Shown one piece after another: positions 47,716-60,403 of a stretch of DNA of 64,000 bases. This DNA is from Macrostomum lignano. Taxonomy: Eukaryota. The stretch spans positions 248,001 through 312,000 of the forward strand of contig NIVC01000013.1 in the NCBI GenBank assembly GCA_002269645.1. The letters are read 5' to 3'. Each line of letters begins with the position of its first letter. Positions within the stretch are counted from its first letter, which is position 1. The position numbers and the translations under genes were made by a program. Below the pieces are notes generated by a model that was not told the origin of the DNA, ran no database searches, and worked only from the letters and a program-made list of their open reading frames with translations.

Positions 47716-49749
47716 ATGAGGCCAGCAACGCCATCTCAGGTCCAAGAGGTGGAGGAACCTAAACAAGTCGCTGCGAAAAGTTCTCCGAAAACTGATGATG
47801 TGTTGAAAAGCGACAGCAATGAGCTCAATGACGACCCGGATGAGGTGGCGTGTAACTGGCACCCCAAGTGCCAACCACAGTGCTGCCAGTGCTTCGCCCG
47901 ACCCTCCTGCCTGCTGCTGTGGCTCTGCCTGAGCAGTTTTACTCAAGGCCTGGTCGTGAACGGCTTTGTCAATTCGGTGCTAACAACCCTCGAGCTGCGA
48001 TACGATATGACTTCATCCGAGAGCGGACTCATCGCCTCCATGTACGACATCGGGAGTGTGCTCTGCCTGGTCCCAGTCACCTACATCGGACACCGGTACC
48101 GGCGGAGTCGCCTCATCTCCATCGGGCTGCTCACCATGAGCGTCGGATCGTTTGTCTTCACCATTCCACAGTTCACCACCGACGCCTACAACTACCAGAG
48201 TCCGGTGTCGCCTCTGTGCTACCTGTCCGGCAAGGTCTATCCGGATTTCTGTACCAAGCAGACTCTCAACAACTACAAGTTCGTGTTTTGGCTCGGACAG
48301 TTCCTGCACGGAGTGGGCGCGTCTCCGCTGTACACACTGGCCGTGGCGTACCTTGACGACAACCTGACTGTGCAGCAGTCGGGCGCGTTCCTGGGTGCTT
48401 ACTACATGATGAGCTTGATCGGTCCCGCCATGGGCTACCTTCTTGGCGGCATATTCCTTAATATCTACGTCGAGCTGGGCGTGACGCCGTCTGATATCAG
48501 CCCTAAGAATAATAACCTGTGGGTTGGCGCCTGGTGGATCGGCTTTTTTCTGTCTGGAACCCTGTCACTGGTATCTGTCGTACCCATTTTTGGGTTTCCT
48601 AAAAGATTTTCCCACTCGACAAGTTCTCAGACGCAGAGTACACACGAATCGCCTAGAGACATCGTTGGCGCAGAAAATGCAGCAACGCAGATCAGTGCCA
48701 AGCATTTCTGGAGTTCAATTGTTACCCTTCTGAAAAATGCTACATTTGTGTTCCTGTCATTCTCCGGCGCAATGCAGTATGTCATAATGACTGGATTATC
48801 CACTTTCGGTCCAAAAATCCTGCAAATTTTGTTCTACTTAACAAAAAGCTCTTCTACAATCACTATGGGCCTCGTGACCGTGCCCGCAGCCGCCTTTGGC
48901 GTCATGACAGGCGGTTTATTGATTAGATTTACTAAGTTTTCCGTACAACGACTTCTGTGGTTGAGCTTCATCGTGGCCTGTGTGGATTTGATACTCGGAC
49001 TCGGGCTGCTGGCCAAGTGCAATCCGCAGAAGTTTGCAGGTGTCAATCAAAATTACCCGCTTACGCCAAACCAGTCCAACTCGCTGAATGCTACGTGCAA
49101 CATGAACTGCCACTGTCAGGAGAGCAAGTTCATGTACAGTCCGGTGTGCGGCGCAGACTCCGTCATCTATTACTCGCCCTGCTACGCAGGCTGTCAAAGC
49201 AATGGCACGATGATCAATGGCGGAAAGTACTATGCAGACTGCACTTGCATTACCGGACAGATTGCAATCGACGGAAGCGATCAAAAGTTCTCGGCAGTGG
49301 AGGGAGCGTGTATAAAAAACGCGTGTCACAAGTTGCAGATTCTGCTCAGCATGCTGTTTTTGTTCATTTTTGTACTATTCTCAACCTCGGTGCCAATTCT
49401 GCACTGCACGATGCGAGTCATACCGGCTACACTCAAAGACTTCGGCCTTGGCCTGCAGTGGGTGATCCTGAGACTGTTCGGCAGCATCCCGGGACCGCCC
49501 TTGATGGGAAAACTGATTGACACCACCTGCAGCCTGTGGACCGGCGGCTGCGGTCATCAGGGCTCGTGCAGCTTCTACAACGGCGAGAGCTTCTGGCTGA
49601 TTGTGATCGCCTTTGCCGGCGTACTCAAGGTGCTGGAAGTCGCCCTGATGGGACTGGCCGCTTTTTTCTACTACGCGCCGCCTGACGAGCCGGAGACGGT
49701 CACGATAAAAACTGTTGAGTCCACCAGTGACAGACAGTCAATTGAGTAA
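47716..49749 (+). CDS. SLCO/OATP paralog B, intronless CDS, 677 aa
   Basis: Same motifs as paralog A; tandem offset about 2967 bp. Confidence 0.95.
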   Translation: MRPATPSQVQEVEEPKQVAAKSSPKTDDVLKSDSNELNDDPDEVACNWHPKCQPQCCQCFARPSCLLLWLCLSSFTQGLVVNGFVNSVLTTLELRYDMTSSESGLIASMYDIGSVLCLVPVTYIGHRYRRSRLISIGLLTMSVGSFVFTIPQFTTDAYNYQSPVSPLCYLSGKVYPDFCTKQTLNNYKFVFWLGQFLHGVGASPLYTLAVAYLDDNLTVQQSGAFLGAYYMMSLIGPAMGYLLGGIFLNIYVELGVTPSDISPKNNNLWVGAWWIGFFLSGTLSLVSVVPIFGFPKRFSHSTSSQTQSTHESPRDIVGAENAATQISAKHFWSSIVTLLKNATFVFLSFSGAMQYVIMTGLSTFGPKILQILFYLTKSSSTITMGLVTVPAAAFGVMTGGLLIRFTKFSVQRLLWLSFIVACVDLILGLGLLAKCNPQKFAGVNQNYPLTPNQSNSLNATCNMNCHCQESKFMYSPVCGADSVIYYSPCYAGCQSNGTMINGGKYYADCTCITGQIAIDGSDQKFSAVEGACIKNACHKLQILLSMLFLFIFVLFSTSVPILHCTMRVIPATLKDFGLGLQWVILRLFGSIPGPPLMGKLIDTTCSLWTGGCGHQGSCSFYNGESFWLIVIAFAGVLKVLEVALMGLAAFFYYAPPDEPETVTIKTVESTSDRQSIE

Positions 49750-50994
49750 AAATTCGTTCAAATATATGTAACTAGCATGATTATAAATCTTGGTAATATA
49801 ACATTTAGTACTCTAGCGTGATTTGAGTATATGCGGTATTATTGTAAAATACACAAGCTTATCTGCGCCTATGACTTTTTAGCTCAACTTCTGATTCTGT
49901 AATCTTGTCTTTACTAATCGCTTAATAAATTTATCGCTCAGTTTGTATAGTATGGCACTTTTGCTGTTCAGTTGAACCCTGGCCAGAATACTCCTATGAT
50001 GTTCTTATAAGGCATGAATTGGACACTCAACGCGCAAAGTCCTTCATTTGAGTAATCACAGACTTCCAAAACTTCCTTGTTTTCAATTTGGCTGGGTTTG
50101 AATGTTTAAAAATTATTTGCGAAATTAATTACTAGTTATGACATTGAAGGGTTTTGCTGTTTTCTGAAGTTCGATTCGAAATCTATTTTTTATCCAGGCT
50201 GCTGTGAGAGTAAATTTACTCTCAATTCGTATGAAGTGACTTGTGAACCATCGACTATTTCGTCTAATTAGCACTACTTAAAACTGGTCCTAAGAGTAGT
50301 GCAATAGCATTTTTAATAACTAGATACTAATGTAATTATACATAGCTCGTATGTTATCTGCTGTAGCTATTAGTAAAAAATCAATTTAAAGAAGACAGGA
50401 TAAAAACTCAACTTTCTTTTTTTGCACTAATTTGCATTTATTTGTCAACTAGTAACATAACAAAGAGTTTTATTTATTAGTCAAACATAGAACTCCTTCT
50501 AGCGACCAAAGCATTAAAGGCAGCAGTAGGCGTTCCAATAAATTTCAACTTTTTCTTCCAAACAATCAAATAAAAATTTATTAAAACAATTCAATTGAAC
50601 AAAAGCAACGAATCCGCTTTTATTAAAGAAACGAAAACGATTAAGGAAAAATCAAGCGAAACGATTATTAATATTTTACCAACAATTTATTACTTAGAGC
50701 AGATTATTATGGGATTAAGAAAGACTATCGATTAAAAGTTCGGGCAATTTTAATGCCTTCTATTAGTTGGTTAATAAAACTGTCTAATAAAGCTTCTATT
50801 TCGCATAATATAAACATGCTATTGATATGTTTACAGGAATGCAAAAACAAAGTGCGAGAACAATCATTTGAAACTGTGCATGATACAAAATACCGCAAAA
50901 AGTACAAATAGCACGTAGAAATAGTACGCGTACATATTCATTTAGCATTGTTTCTCTAGTATGCATAAGAGTATGTTACAGGACTTAAGATAAT

Positions 50995-51460
50995 GGAGGA
51001 AGGGGTGGCGGCGATAAAATAGCGGGAGGAAGGGGTGATGGCTATAAAATAGCGGGAGGAAGGGGTGGTTGCTATAAAATAGCGGGAGGAAGGGGTGGCG
51101 GCTATACAATAGCGGGAGGAAGGGGTGGTTGCTATAAAATAGCGGGACGAAGGGGTGGCGGCTATACAATAGCGGGAGGAAGGGGTGGCGGCTATAAAGT
51201 AGCGGGAGGAAGGGGTGGTTGCTATAAAATAGCGGGAGGAAGGGGTGGTGGTTATAAAAAAGCGAGAGGAAGGGGTGGTGGTTATAAAAAAGCGGGAGGA
51301 AGGGGTGGTGGTTATAAAAAAGCGGGAGGAAGGGGTGGTGGCTATAAAGTAGCGGGAGGAAGGGGTGGTTGCTAAAAATAGCGGGAGGAAGGGATGGTTG
51401 CTATAAAATAGCGGGAGGAAGGGGTGGTTGCTATAAAATAGCGGGAGGAAGGGGTGGAAA
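50995..51460. repeat. 30-bp G-rich minisatellite (GCTATAAAATAGCGGGAGGAAGGGGTGGTT)
   Basis: Directly visible. Confidence 0.92.
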
Positions 51461-52165
51461 GCGGGTCTAAGATAATGGAACTGAAAGAGGATGACGGCTC
51501 TATAATCGAATTGAACAAATTCGAAATACAACAGCGGCTTTACCGTTAACAATAATTACATACCGGATTTAAAACATGTAGAATGTCAGGAACAAAACAA
51601 GCAACGTGTGCACAGACAAAAAACAGACATTATTACAAGTGAACAAAACAATTAAGTACAATCAGTACTTTTATTATATACGTGCTCATCAATACAACCG
51701 CCAGTGCAGTGGTAACGCTAAGAATCTCGAACTTGGAACGCTAAGTAAATCGAGAAGCAAATAGGAGAAAATGCCATATTAATGGAGCTGACTACTGATA
51801 TCCTTAGCAAGCAGTACGGCTTAGCGCGTTTAGTTAAACTCTAAATAGAATAGGTTATATTATAAACAAACAGAACTGAGATTCCAATCTTTTGCATGTT
51901 TGGGGACCTTAAAATTAATGGGGATCACGGTTAGAATTTACACGCATAAACTGAACATATTTGGGTCTTAAATCGTCGTTGAAAAGCAGAACTCGAACCA
52001 AGGACCAACGAAAGTAAGAGGAAATAACGCTTAGAAAAATGAATAGGAACTTATTTGAAGGCTTATAATAAATTCAATTAAGCCTTTTAAGTAAATTAAG
52101 CATAATTTTGAAGTGTAAAATTCTCTTTCAACAACATTTAAAGTCCTCGATTCATACTTAGCAAT

Positions 52166-55100
52166 TCAGACTCCTGTGGCTAATGAGAATTCCAGCATCT
52201 CGGACAGTAGCGGCTGTGGCAGATACTTCGTCCGCTCAATAACTGAGGCCCAGAATCCCACAGAGTGAATCTTCATCGCTGACAGGGTGCCAAACAGCAT
52301 GAGCAGTGTGCTCTTCCTGGTAGGATCTCCGCACACCTTGGCCAGCTCAACCAAATAGCAATTCTGAGCAGCGTCGATAGCTTCTCTATTCGACCATTCG
52401 GTTTGAGCATCTGCGTCTAATAGAAAAATTGCTTTTAGTAGCAGAAATTCCAATCTAGTCACCTGCAGAGAGGTTAGTCTACGGATAAACGTGCGCATCT
52501 GCTGGCCAGCTCGACTAGAAAATGAGCGCGAGTGTTGAGACGAGTGCGACTCGTGCAGACGGAAGGTGTCACTGAACCGGATGTAGCCTGCATGGGTTGT
52601 ATGGGGTTAATAGGGATTTTAATGGGGATTCTAATAGGTATTCTAATAAGGATTCTAATAGGGATTCTAATAAATATTATAATAGGGACTCTAATGGAGT
52701 TTCTAATAGACATTCTAATAGAGATTCTAATAGGTATTCTAATAGGTATTCTAATAGGTATTCTAATAGGTATTCTAATAGAGATTCTAATAGGGATTCT
52801 AATATGGATTATAATAGATATTCTACTAGGTCTTCGAATAGGTATTATAATAGGGATTTAAATAGGGATTCTAATAAATATTATAATAGGGACTCTAATA
52901 GAGATTCTAATAGAGATTCTAATAGAGATTCTAATAGGTATTTTAATAGGATTCTAATAGACATTCTAATAGGGATTCTAATAGGGATTATAATAGATAT
53001 TCTAATAGGTATTTTAATAGGTATTCTAATAGGGATTCTAATAGAGATTCTAATAGGGATTCTAATATGGATTATAATAGATATTCTAATAGGTCTTCTA
53101 ATAGGTATTATAATAGGGATTTAAATAGGGATTCTAATAAATATTATAATAGGGACTCTAATAGAGATTCTAATACAGATTCTAATAGGTATTTTAATAG
53201 GATTCTAATTGGGATTCTAATAAATATTATAATAGGGACTCTAATAGAGATTCTAATAGAGATTCTAATAGGTATTATAATAGGGATTCAAATAGGGATT
53301 CTAATAAATATTATAATAGAGATTCTAATAGGGATTCTAATAGGGATTCTAATAAATATTTTAATAGTGACTCTAATAGAGATTCTAATAGTGACTCTAA
53401 TAGAGATTCTAATAGTGACTCTAATAGAGATTCTAATAGTGACTCTAATAGAGATTCTAATAAGGATTGTACAACAAATTCTAATAGAGATTCTAATAGT
53501 GACTCTAATAGAGATTCTAATAAGGATTGTACAACAAATTCTAATAGAGATTCTAATAGTGACTCTAATAGAGATTCTAATAAGGATTGTACAACAAATT
53601 CTAATAGAGATTCTGTATTCCAACAGGTATTTCGACAGAGAATTATGAGCAAGTATTTCTTGGATACTGATTAGGACAAAAACTCATTAATCTGTCTTAA
53701 TATCCTTAACTCACCGTTGTAGGGCACAGAATTATTAGAAATCTCCCACACATTCAAGCCTAACCAATGATGCTGCAGCAAGAGCTTTTTATCGGACATA
53801 GGCAGCGAAGAAAACTCTGGTAGGCCTTTAGCAAAGCTCACTAGGTTTTGCACTAGGTTCTCGTTTGCCTGAGACACTCCCGCCGTGATCTCCTCGCTGC
53901 TCAAGGGTGGCTGAGTCTCCACAGGCTCCGACGGTGGTGGCAGCTGATCCAGCGGAGAGTCCAACTGTTGCAGGCGGTAGAGCAAAGGGCTGTCAGCTTT
54001 TAGCTGATGGCGCGGCTCGACGAGCGGTTGAAACAGACCTGTCGGTTGGGGGAGGGGGCAGTTACAGTAGTCTGTCTAATCGCTCTTTTGCCTCACTGTG
54101 TCTAATCCCTATCATTTCCCCTCTCTCTCACCTGTGTCTAATCCCCATCATTTCCCCTCTCATTTGTGTCTAATCCCCATCATTTCCCCCCTCTCACCTG
54201 TGTCTAATCCCTATCATTTCCCCTCTCATTTGTGTCTAATCCCCATCATTTCCCCTCTCTCTCACCTGTGTCTAATCCCTATCATTTCCCCTCTCATTTG
54301 TGTCTAATCCCCATCATTTCCCCTCTCTCTCACCTGTGTCTAATCCCTATCATTTACCCTCTCTCTCACCTGTGTCTAATCCCTATCATTTACCCTCTCT
54401 CTCACCTGTGTCTAATCCCATTATATCCCCGCTCTCACCTGTGTCTGATCCCCATCATTTCCCCGCTCTCACCTGTGTCTAATCCCCATCATTTCCCCTC
54501 TCTCACCTGTGTCTAATCCCATCATTTCCCCTCTCTCTCACCTGTGTCTAATCCCTATCATTTCCCCTCTCTCTCACCTGTGTCTAATCCCCATCATTTC
54601 CTCTCTCACCTGTGTCTAATCCCATTATATCCCCGCTCTCACCTGTGTCTAATCCCCAGCATTTCACCGCTCTCATCTGTGCCTAATCCGCATCATTTCC
54701 CCTCTCTCTCACCTGTGTCTAATCCCTATTTAGCCCAGCTATCACCTGTGTCTAATTTCCATCTACCCTACCTCTCACCTGTGTCTAATTCCCATCTAGC
54801 CCAGCTCTCACCTGTGTCTAATTCCCATCTAGCCCAGCTCTCACCTGTGTATAATTCCCATCTAGCCCAGCTCTCACCTGTGTCTAATTCCCATCTAGCC
54901 CAGCTCTCACCTGTGTCAGCCGGTTTCGGGTCATGGTTAAGAAATCCCAGAGACTGGTCCTTCTGGACCGGCTGAGGCTGCTCCAACGGCTGTGGATTAG
55001 CGGTAGCAGAAGCGTCGGCTGCGGCAGTCCCGGAGGACCTGATCAACTCTGGTCGCATCCCGACAGTGAGGCAGCGGCGCCAGCGACAGGCGGCGCACTG

Positions 55101-55268
55101 ACGACGCCGATTGCCGTGCACCGGACACTGTCCGGGATTTCCCGGCCGAATGCAGGAATAGGTAAGACAGGAGTGCACAGTACGTTTAAAAAATGCTTTA
55201 CAAGCTTCGCAGGTGGTGGCGCCATAGTGCACGCCAGACGGGGGCGCGCCGCAGATGCTGCACTCCAT
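52166..55268 (-). CDS. Nuclear hormone receptor, ERR (NR3B)-like P-box, 3 exons: 55268-54911, 54038(or 54071)-53715, 52587-52166 (about 367-378 aa)
   Basis: [30 protein letters not shown]...[14 protein letters not shown]; LBD signature [27 protein letters not shown]; [14 protein letters not shown]; AF-2 LLSEML. All junctions phase 1 GT-AG. Confidence 0.88.
52610..53615. repeat. AT-rich repeat of 12-bp subunits (GATTCTAATAGG/AGAGATTCTAAT) filling receptor intron 2
   Basis: Directly visible. Confidence 0.92.
54095..54915. repeat. 33-37-bp minisatellite filling receptor intron 1; each unit contains CAG|GTGAG on the sense strand
   Basis: Plus-strand CTCACCTGTGTCTAATCCC recurs about 20 times. 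Confidence 0.92.
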
Positions 55269-55387
55269 GACGTACTTTTAGTTAATGGCTTATTAGATTA
55301 GTGAGTGGTCAGTCATGAGTATATTAGGCTTTGAACAATTTATTACAAGTTATTAATAGTCTCTTGAGTAGTTGTCATATATAATGG

Positions 55388-55770
55388 CTTCTTAGCGATT
55401 CTCCTATGAGCCATGACACCTCAGCAATTCCCCCATATAAACCTGGCTTCTTAGCGATTCTCCTATGAGCCATGACACCTCAGCAATTCCCCCATATGAA
55501 CCTTGACTTCTTAGCAATTCTCCTATGAGCCACGACACCTCAGCAATTCCCCCATATAAACCTGGCTTCTTAGCGATTCTCCTATGAGCCATGACACCTC
55601 AGCAATTCCCCCATATGAACCTTGACTTCTTAGCAATTCTCCTATGAGCCACGACACCTCAGCAATTCCCCCATATAAACCTGGCTTCTTAGCAATTCTC
55701 CTATGAGCCACGACACCTCAGCAATTCCCCCATATAAACCTTGACTTCTTAGCAATTCTCCTATGAGCCA
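55388..55770. repeat. 59/60-bp repeat with a 119-bp higher-order period
   Basis: Identical ORFs at 55404 and 55523 show the 119-bp period. Confidence 0.9.
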
Positions 55771-56565
55771 CAATTATTAATCCTTTTCTATAATATAGTG
55801 ATAAAATAAAGAGCAATAGTAATATTCTCCATTAAAGTTCTTATCTTTTAATTATACAAAAATGGCTAAGATTAGAGGTTAGACAAGATCTTAAAATCTT
55901 AATCTTGATCTTGGTTTCAAGATATAGAAAAAAGTCAAGATTTAACTATAATGTAAAATCTATTGGTGACTACAATAATAACTATTTCTCATTCTATTAT
56001 GATGATTGTATATACTTACTAAAGAAAAATATTAGCATTGATAAATAGAATGGTATAAATATGCCTATTAGATGCTAATTATGCCTAGGTTTAATATCAA
56101 ATCTTGATTAAAACTCAATTATCTTAAAAGTATAGATCTCAAGTCCTAAAAATTTTTTTTAAATTCTCTCCAACCTCTAATTAAGAGTAAGACTTCATTT
56201 ATCTTATCTTAGCCCCTAATTACCCCAACCATACAATGTGCATATGGTATTGGAAATCTTTAATGCTTAAAACTCTAACTTGAAAGACTTAAGAGTAGAT
56301 TAAAACTCTTTTAATATTGAAAATGAAAGTTTTATCCTAAACTATAGCCCTTACCATATTATTTATGCAATGTATATATAAAGCAAAAAGTCGATTGCTA
56401 TAGTCCCCAACTATAGGAACTTAAAAGTTTCTTTTACAAAAGCTTTGTTGCCTTAGTTACTTAGAGTAGACCTTAGACCTAGTCAAGAAACAACTTTTTT
56501 AATATCTATGTCAAAATATTGTTTTCAAAAAGATAATAAAATATTTAGAAGCATTGCCATTACTA

Positions 56566-57911
56566 CGAGGTTTATTCAAAAAGTTTTTTTTGGTCCTTTG
56601 GCATTTATTTTTAGAAAGTGTTGTAAACAGAATTTTAGCGATTTTACCAAGTTATGTCTATGGCCTAAATGTTCCTAGGGTTTTAAGTCTCAGTTTGCAA
56701 CTATGTTAGAGCAGCGAACATTTCTATCAGCTGCCACTCAATTTCTTGGCCATGGCTGAATCATTTTCAAAGCAAGACGTTCGAAGCTTGATGAAGTTTC
56801 AGTTTCTGCAAGGAAAAAAGCCATCGGATATGTTTAGAGAGCTTCAGCAAGTGCTTGGCAACTGTGCACCAACTGAGCAGACAGTTCGAAAATGGTACCA
56901 GCTGTTCGCTGAGGGAAGAGAGAGCGTTGAGGACAATGGCCGCTCTGGAAGGCCGATGACTGCAACCAAAGAGACTGTTGTGAAGAAAGTGCAAGAGCTC
57001 TTGGATGATGATCGGCGACGGACTTGCAAAGAGTTGGCAGAAGACGTTGGTGTGTCAATAGGAAGCGTCCACACTATTCTGACTGAGCGTCTTCTCCTAC
57101 AGACAAAGTTCTGCAAGTGGGTGCCACACCTGCTGACAGGTGAGCAAAAGATGCAGCGAACTCTGGCTTCAAGCAGCCACCTGCGTTGGTTCCATCAAGA
57201 AGGGGAGGATTTTCTATCAAGAATTGTTGCTGGAGACGAGACGTGGGTTTACAGCTGGGATCCTGAGACAAAGGCCCAGTTTGCCGAATGGCTTCCAGCA
57301 CATTCTCCAAGACCTCAGAAGGCCATCAGGAAGCAGGGCGCAATAAAGATCATGCATGTCATGTTTTTTGATTCCCAAGGAATCCTGCTGAACTGGGCAG
57401 TCCCACAAGGAACCACCGTCAATGGGGACTACTACAAGTGGATTCTGCAGGAGAAGCTGCGCCCAGCAATACAAAAGAAGCGCCCTGGTCTGCTGGAATC
57501 TGGCGTGATCCTGCTGCACGACAATGCGCCAGCACATCGCAAGCACAACGTCGTGGAACTCCTGAGCAAATGGGGCTGGGAAGTGCTCTAACATCCACCC
57601 TATTTGCCTGATTTGTCGCCGTGCGACTTCTTCTTATTTCCATCTGTAAAGAAGCACCTTTGGGGCATTCGATTTGACAGCGTCGAGCACATCGAAGCTG
57701 CATGCAATCAAGCTGTTTGCCAAACGGACGCGAATGGTGTGAGTTCCAGAATTAGAGGCCTGGTAAATCGCTGGCAGAAGTGCAAAGACATTGGTGGTGA
57801 ATATGTTGAGTGACAGAATCATGTTAAGCAATCTAACAGTGTTTTCATAGTTCCAGTTGTTTTGTGTTCAGTTTTGTAGGGCACCGAAAAGAACTTTTTG
57901 AATACACCTCG
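56566..57911 (+). mobile_element. Full-length mariner (Tc1/mariner, D,D34D) transposon, 1346 bp, irritans-like TIR
   Basis: TIR CGAGGTTTATTCAAAAAGTT / AACTTTTTGAATACACCTCG with one mismatch; TA duplication at 56564-56565 and 57912-57913. Confidence 0.95.
56752..57813 (+). pseudogene. Mariner transposase with a single in-frame TAA at 57589-57591
   Basis: WVPHLLT, GDETWVY, LLHDNAPAH, WEVL*HPPYLPDLSPCDFFLF; the same frame resumes after the stop. Confidence 0.92.
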
Positions 57912-59509
57912 TACTAGTAGTAGTAGGCTTAAGGCCTAGGCCTAATGGCTAGGCCCTTAATGCCTAATAAAAAATTATATTTAAACATTTTTTCTATGTT
58001 TGCTTTTATACTTAATGCATTTTAGATTTAAGACTGACTTCTGAAGCATTTTTAGAAGTATTTAGCTATATTAAATTTATTTTTATCAGTAGATACAAGG
58101 ATATAAAAGCTAAAAATGATATATTAGGCAATAGGCCTAGGCAATAGGCATAATAATTGGTTAAATATTAAATAAATCATTGAACAAATAAACATAGACT
58201 AACTTTCTAGGCCTATTTCATATAGAAAACTAGACCATTAGGGCTGGGAACCTAATTTGATGAATATAGTATAGATTAGTAGGATTGTAGAATGTAGGCC
58301 TATTCTAGGCCTAAACAAAAATGATCCACAATTGATATAATAAAGACCTGGATTGTGGCTTATGCATGTCTATCCCTTATTAGCCTTGTGGAGAATAGGC
58401 CCTTTGCTACTACTACTACTTACTGAAAGCTATATTTGAAATATTTGTTTGTGGTTTGATTTGATTTATTGCATAGGTCTGACTAAAAAGCCTGATTCTA
58501 ATGAAAATTTAAGAGTCACAAATAAGTCTATCTTCCTCGGCCAGGGCTAGCTATCTGGCGTCTAATAGTAATAGGCCTACGAACATGTCAATAACGCTTA
58601 CACATCATTTAAATTGGCAAATAATACCTATCATATTACCATACCAAATATGGTATCCTATTGAGGACGAGGGATTGTATGCATTGCATGTTGACGACTT
58701 CAAGAAGATATTCAGACTTCTTGTTCAAATCGGTGCTGGTCTTTGCGATTCAAACAAACTCGAACGAGACGCAGGGTGCAAAATAAAGGGGACTCCGTCT
58801 GCTGAGTTCCTCAGGCTCAGGAGGGAGGGTATAGCTAGCTGTGGTCGTGACTGAGCGGTCTAGTTGATGCCGTCTCTCAGAATGCCGAAATGCAGAAATG
58901 TAGCCTGCTACGGAGAACTTAAAATAAACTAAGATTTGCTGAGTGTTGTACTGAGAGTGAGTAGTAGTAATTCGCAAAGAAAAGCTCAAAAGCTTAAATA
59001 GACTCGAATCTGCCCCTCTCTCTTATCTTCTCTCGTCTATCAGCTCTCTTGATCCTCCCTCAGATCTTTGCATCTGAGATCTGAGGGACCTGAGATCTTT
59101 TTTCCTCTCTGCTGTCATTCGTCTCTCCTCTTTTTTTCTTTTTTTCCTCGCCTCCCCATTCGCCTATCTTACAGCTTCTCTCAATTCCCTCACTACCTTG
59201 TGAAACAGTGTTTTTATTCAGATTGCATCACGCTGTGGTTGTGACGATGCCACCTACATGAAATGCATCAAGTGAACATGTTATTGTAAACTTATGTTTA
59301 CGTGTCACTCTTCTTAACATTTATGAGTACATATCTATTACTGTACAGTCACTGAGATACATATTATAAAAGTATTTTCAAACAACCAAAAATTCTAAAA
59401 TATTCGTACATGCACGAGCTAATCATTGAAATACAAAAACGGGTAGTAATAAAATCTGCAGAACATGCAAACTTAATTTCTGGTTTATTTTGAGATGCTC
59501 GAGTTGGTT

Positions 59510-60026
<517 letters not shown>

Positions 60027-60403
60027 TTTGGCTTTTTGGTGCAGAAAAACCTCCATAAGCAGTTGCCCACCCCGTGTGTAATATTCCACAGATGTCATAC
60101 ACCCACAAAAGCAGATGTAATTGGACACTTACGGCCTTGTGTTTCCTCATTAGCACTAGAGATCCGTCTTTCCTAATTAGGCTTCACTTTCGTCCGTACG
60201 CCTAATGCAGGCTCTAGCTGAAGTGAATTTACAAGTATTGAATTCTTAATTTTGTTTAATTTCCCAACATGTGTTTGCCACGGCAATGCAATGAAAGTAA
60301 TTGCCTTCCGTTCAATAATAAATACTGCAACTGCTGTGAATTTTCCTTTTGTTCTAATGCAAATATTTTTTTGAAGCATCAGCTCCATTCATCAAGACTA
60401 GCT

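Noticed and set aside
44901-49520. Alternate-frame and antisense ORFs over the SLCO genes
   Set aside because: Shadows of GC-rich coding sequence; their duplication only reflects the paralogy.
50995-51460. G-quadruplex function for the G-rich array
   Set aside because: Mostly two-G runs and no context suggesting a role.
52532-53652. Ile/Leu-rich and NRDS-repeat ORFs
   Set aside because: Translations of the receptor intron 2 repeat.
57589-57591. Programmed readthrough of the mariner stop
   Set aside because: UAA with no recoding context; a simple nonsense mutation is more parsimonious.
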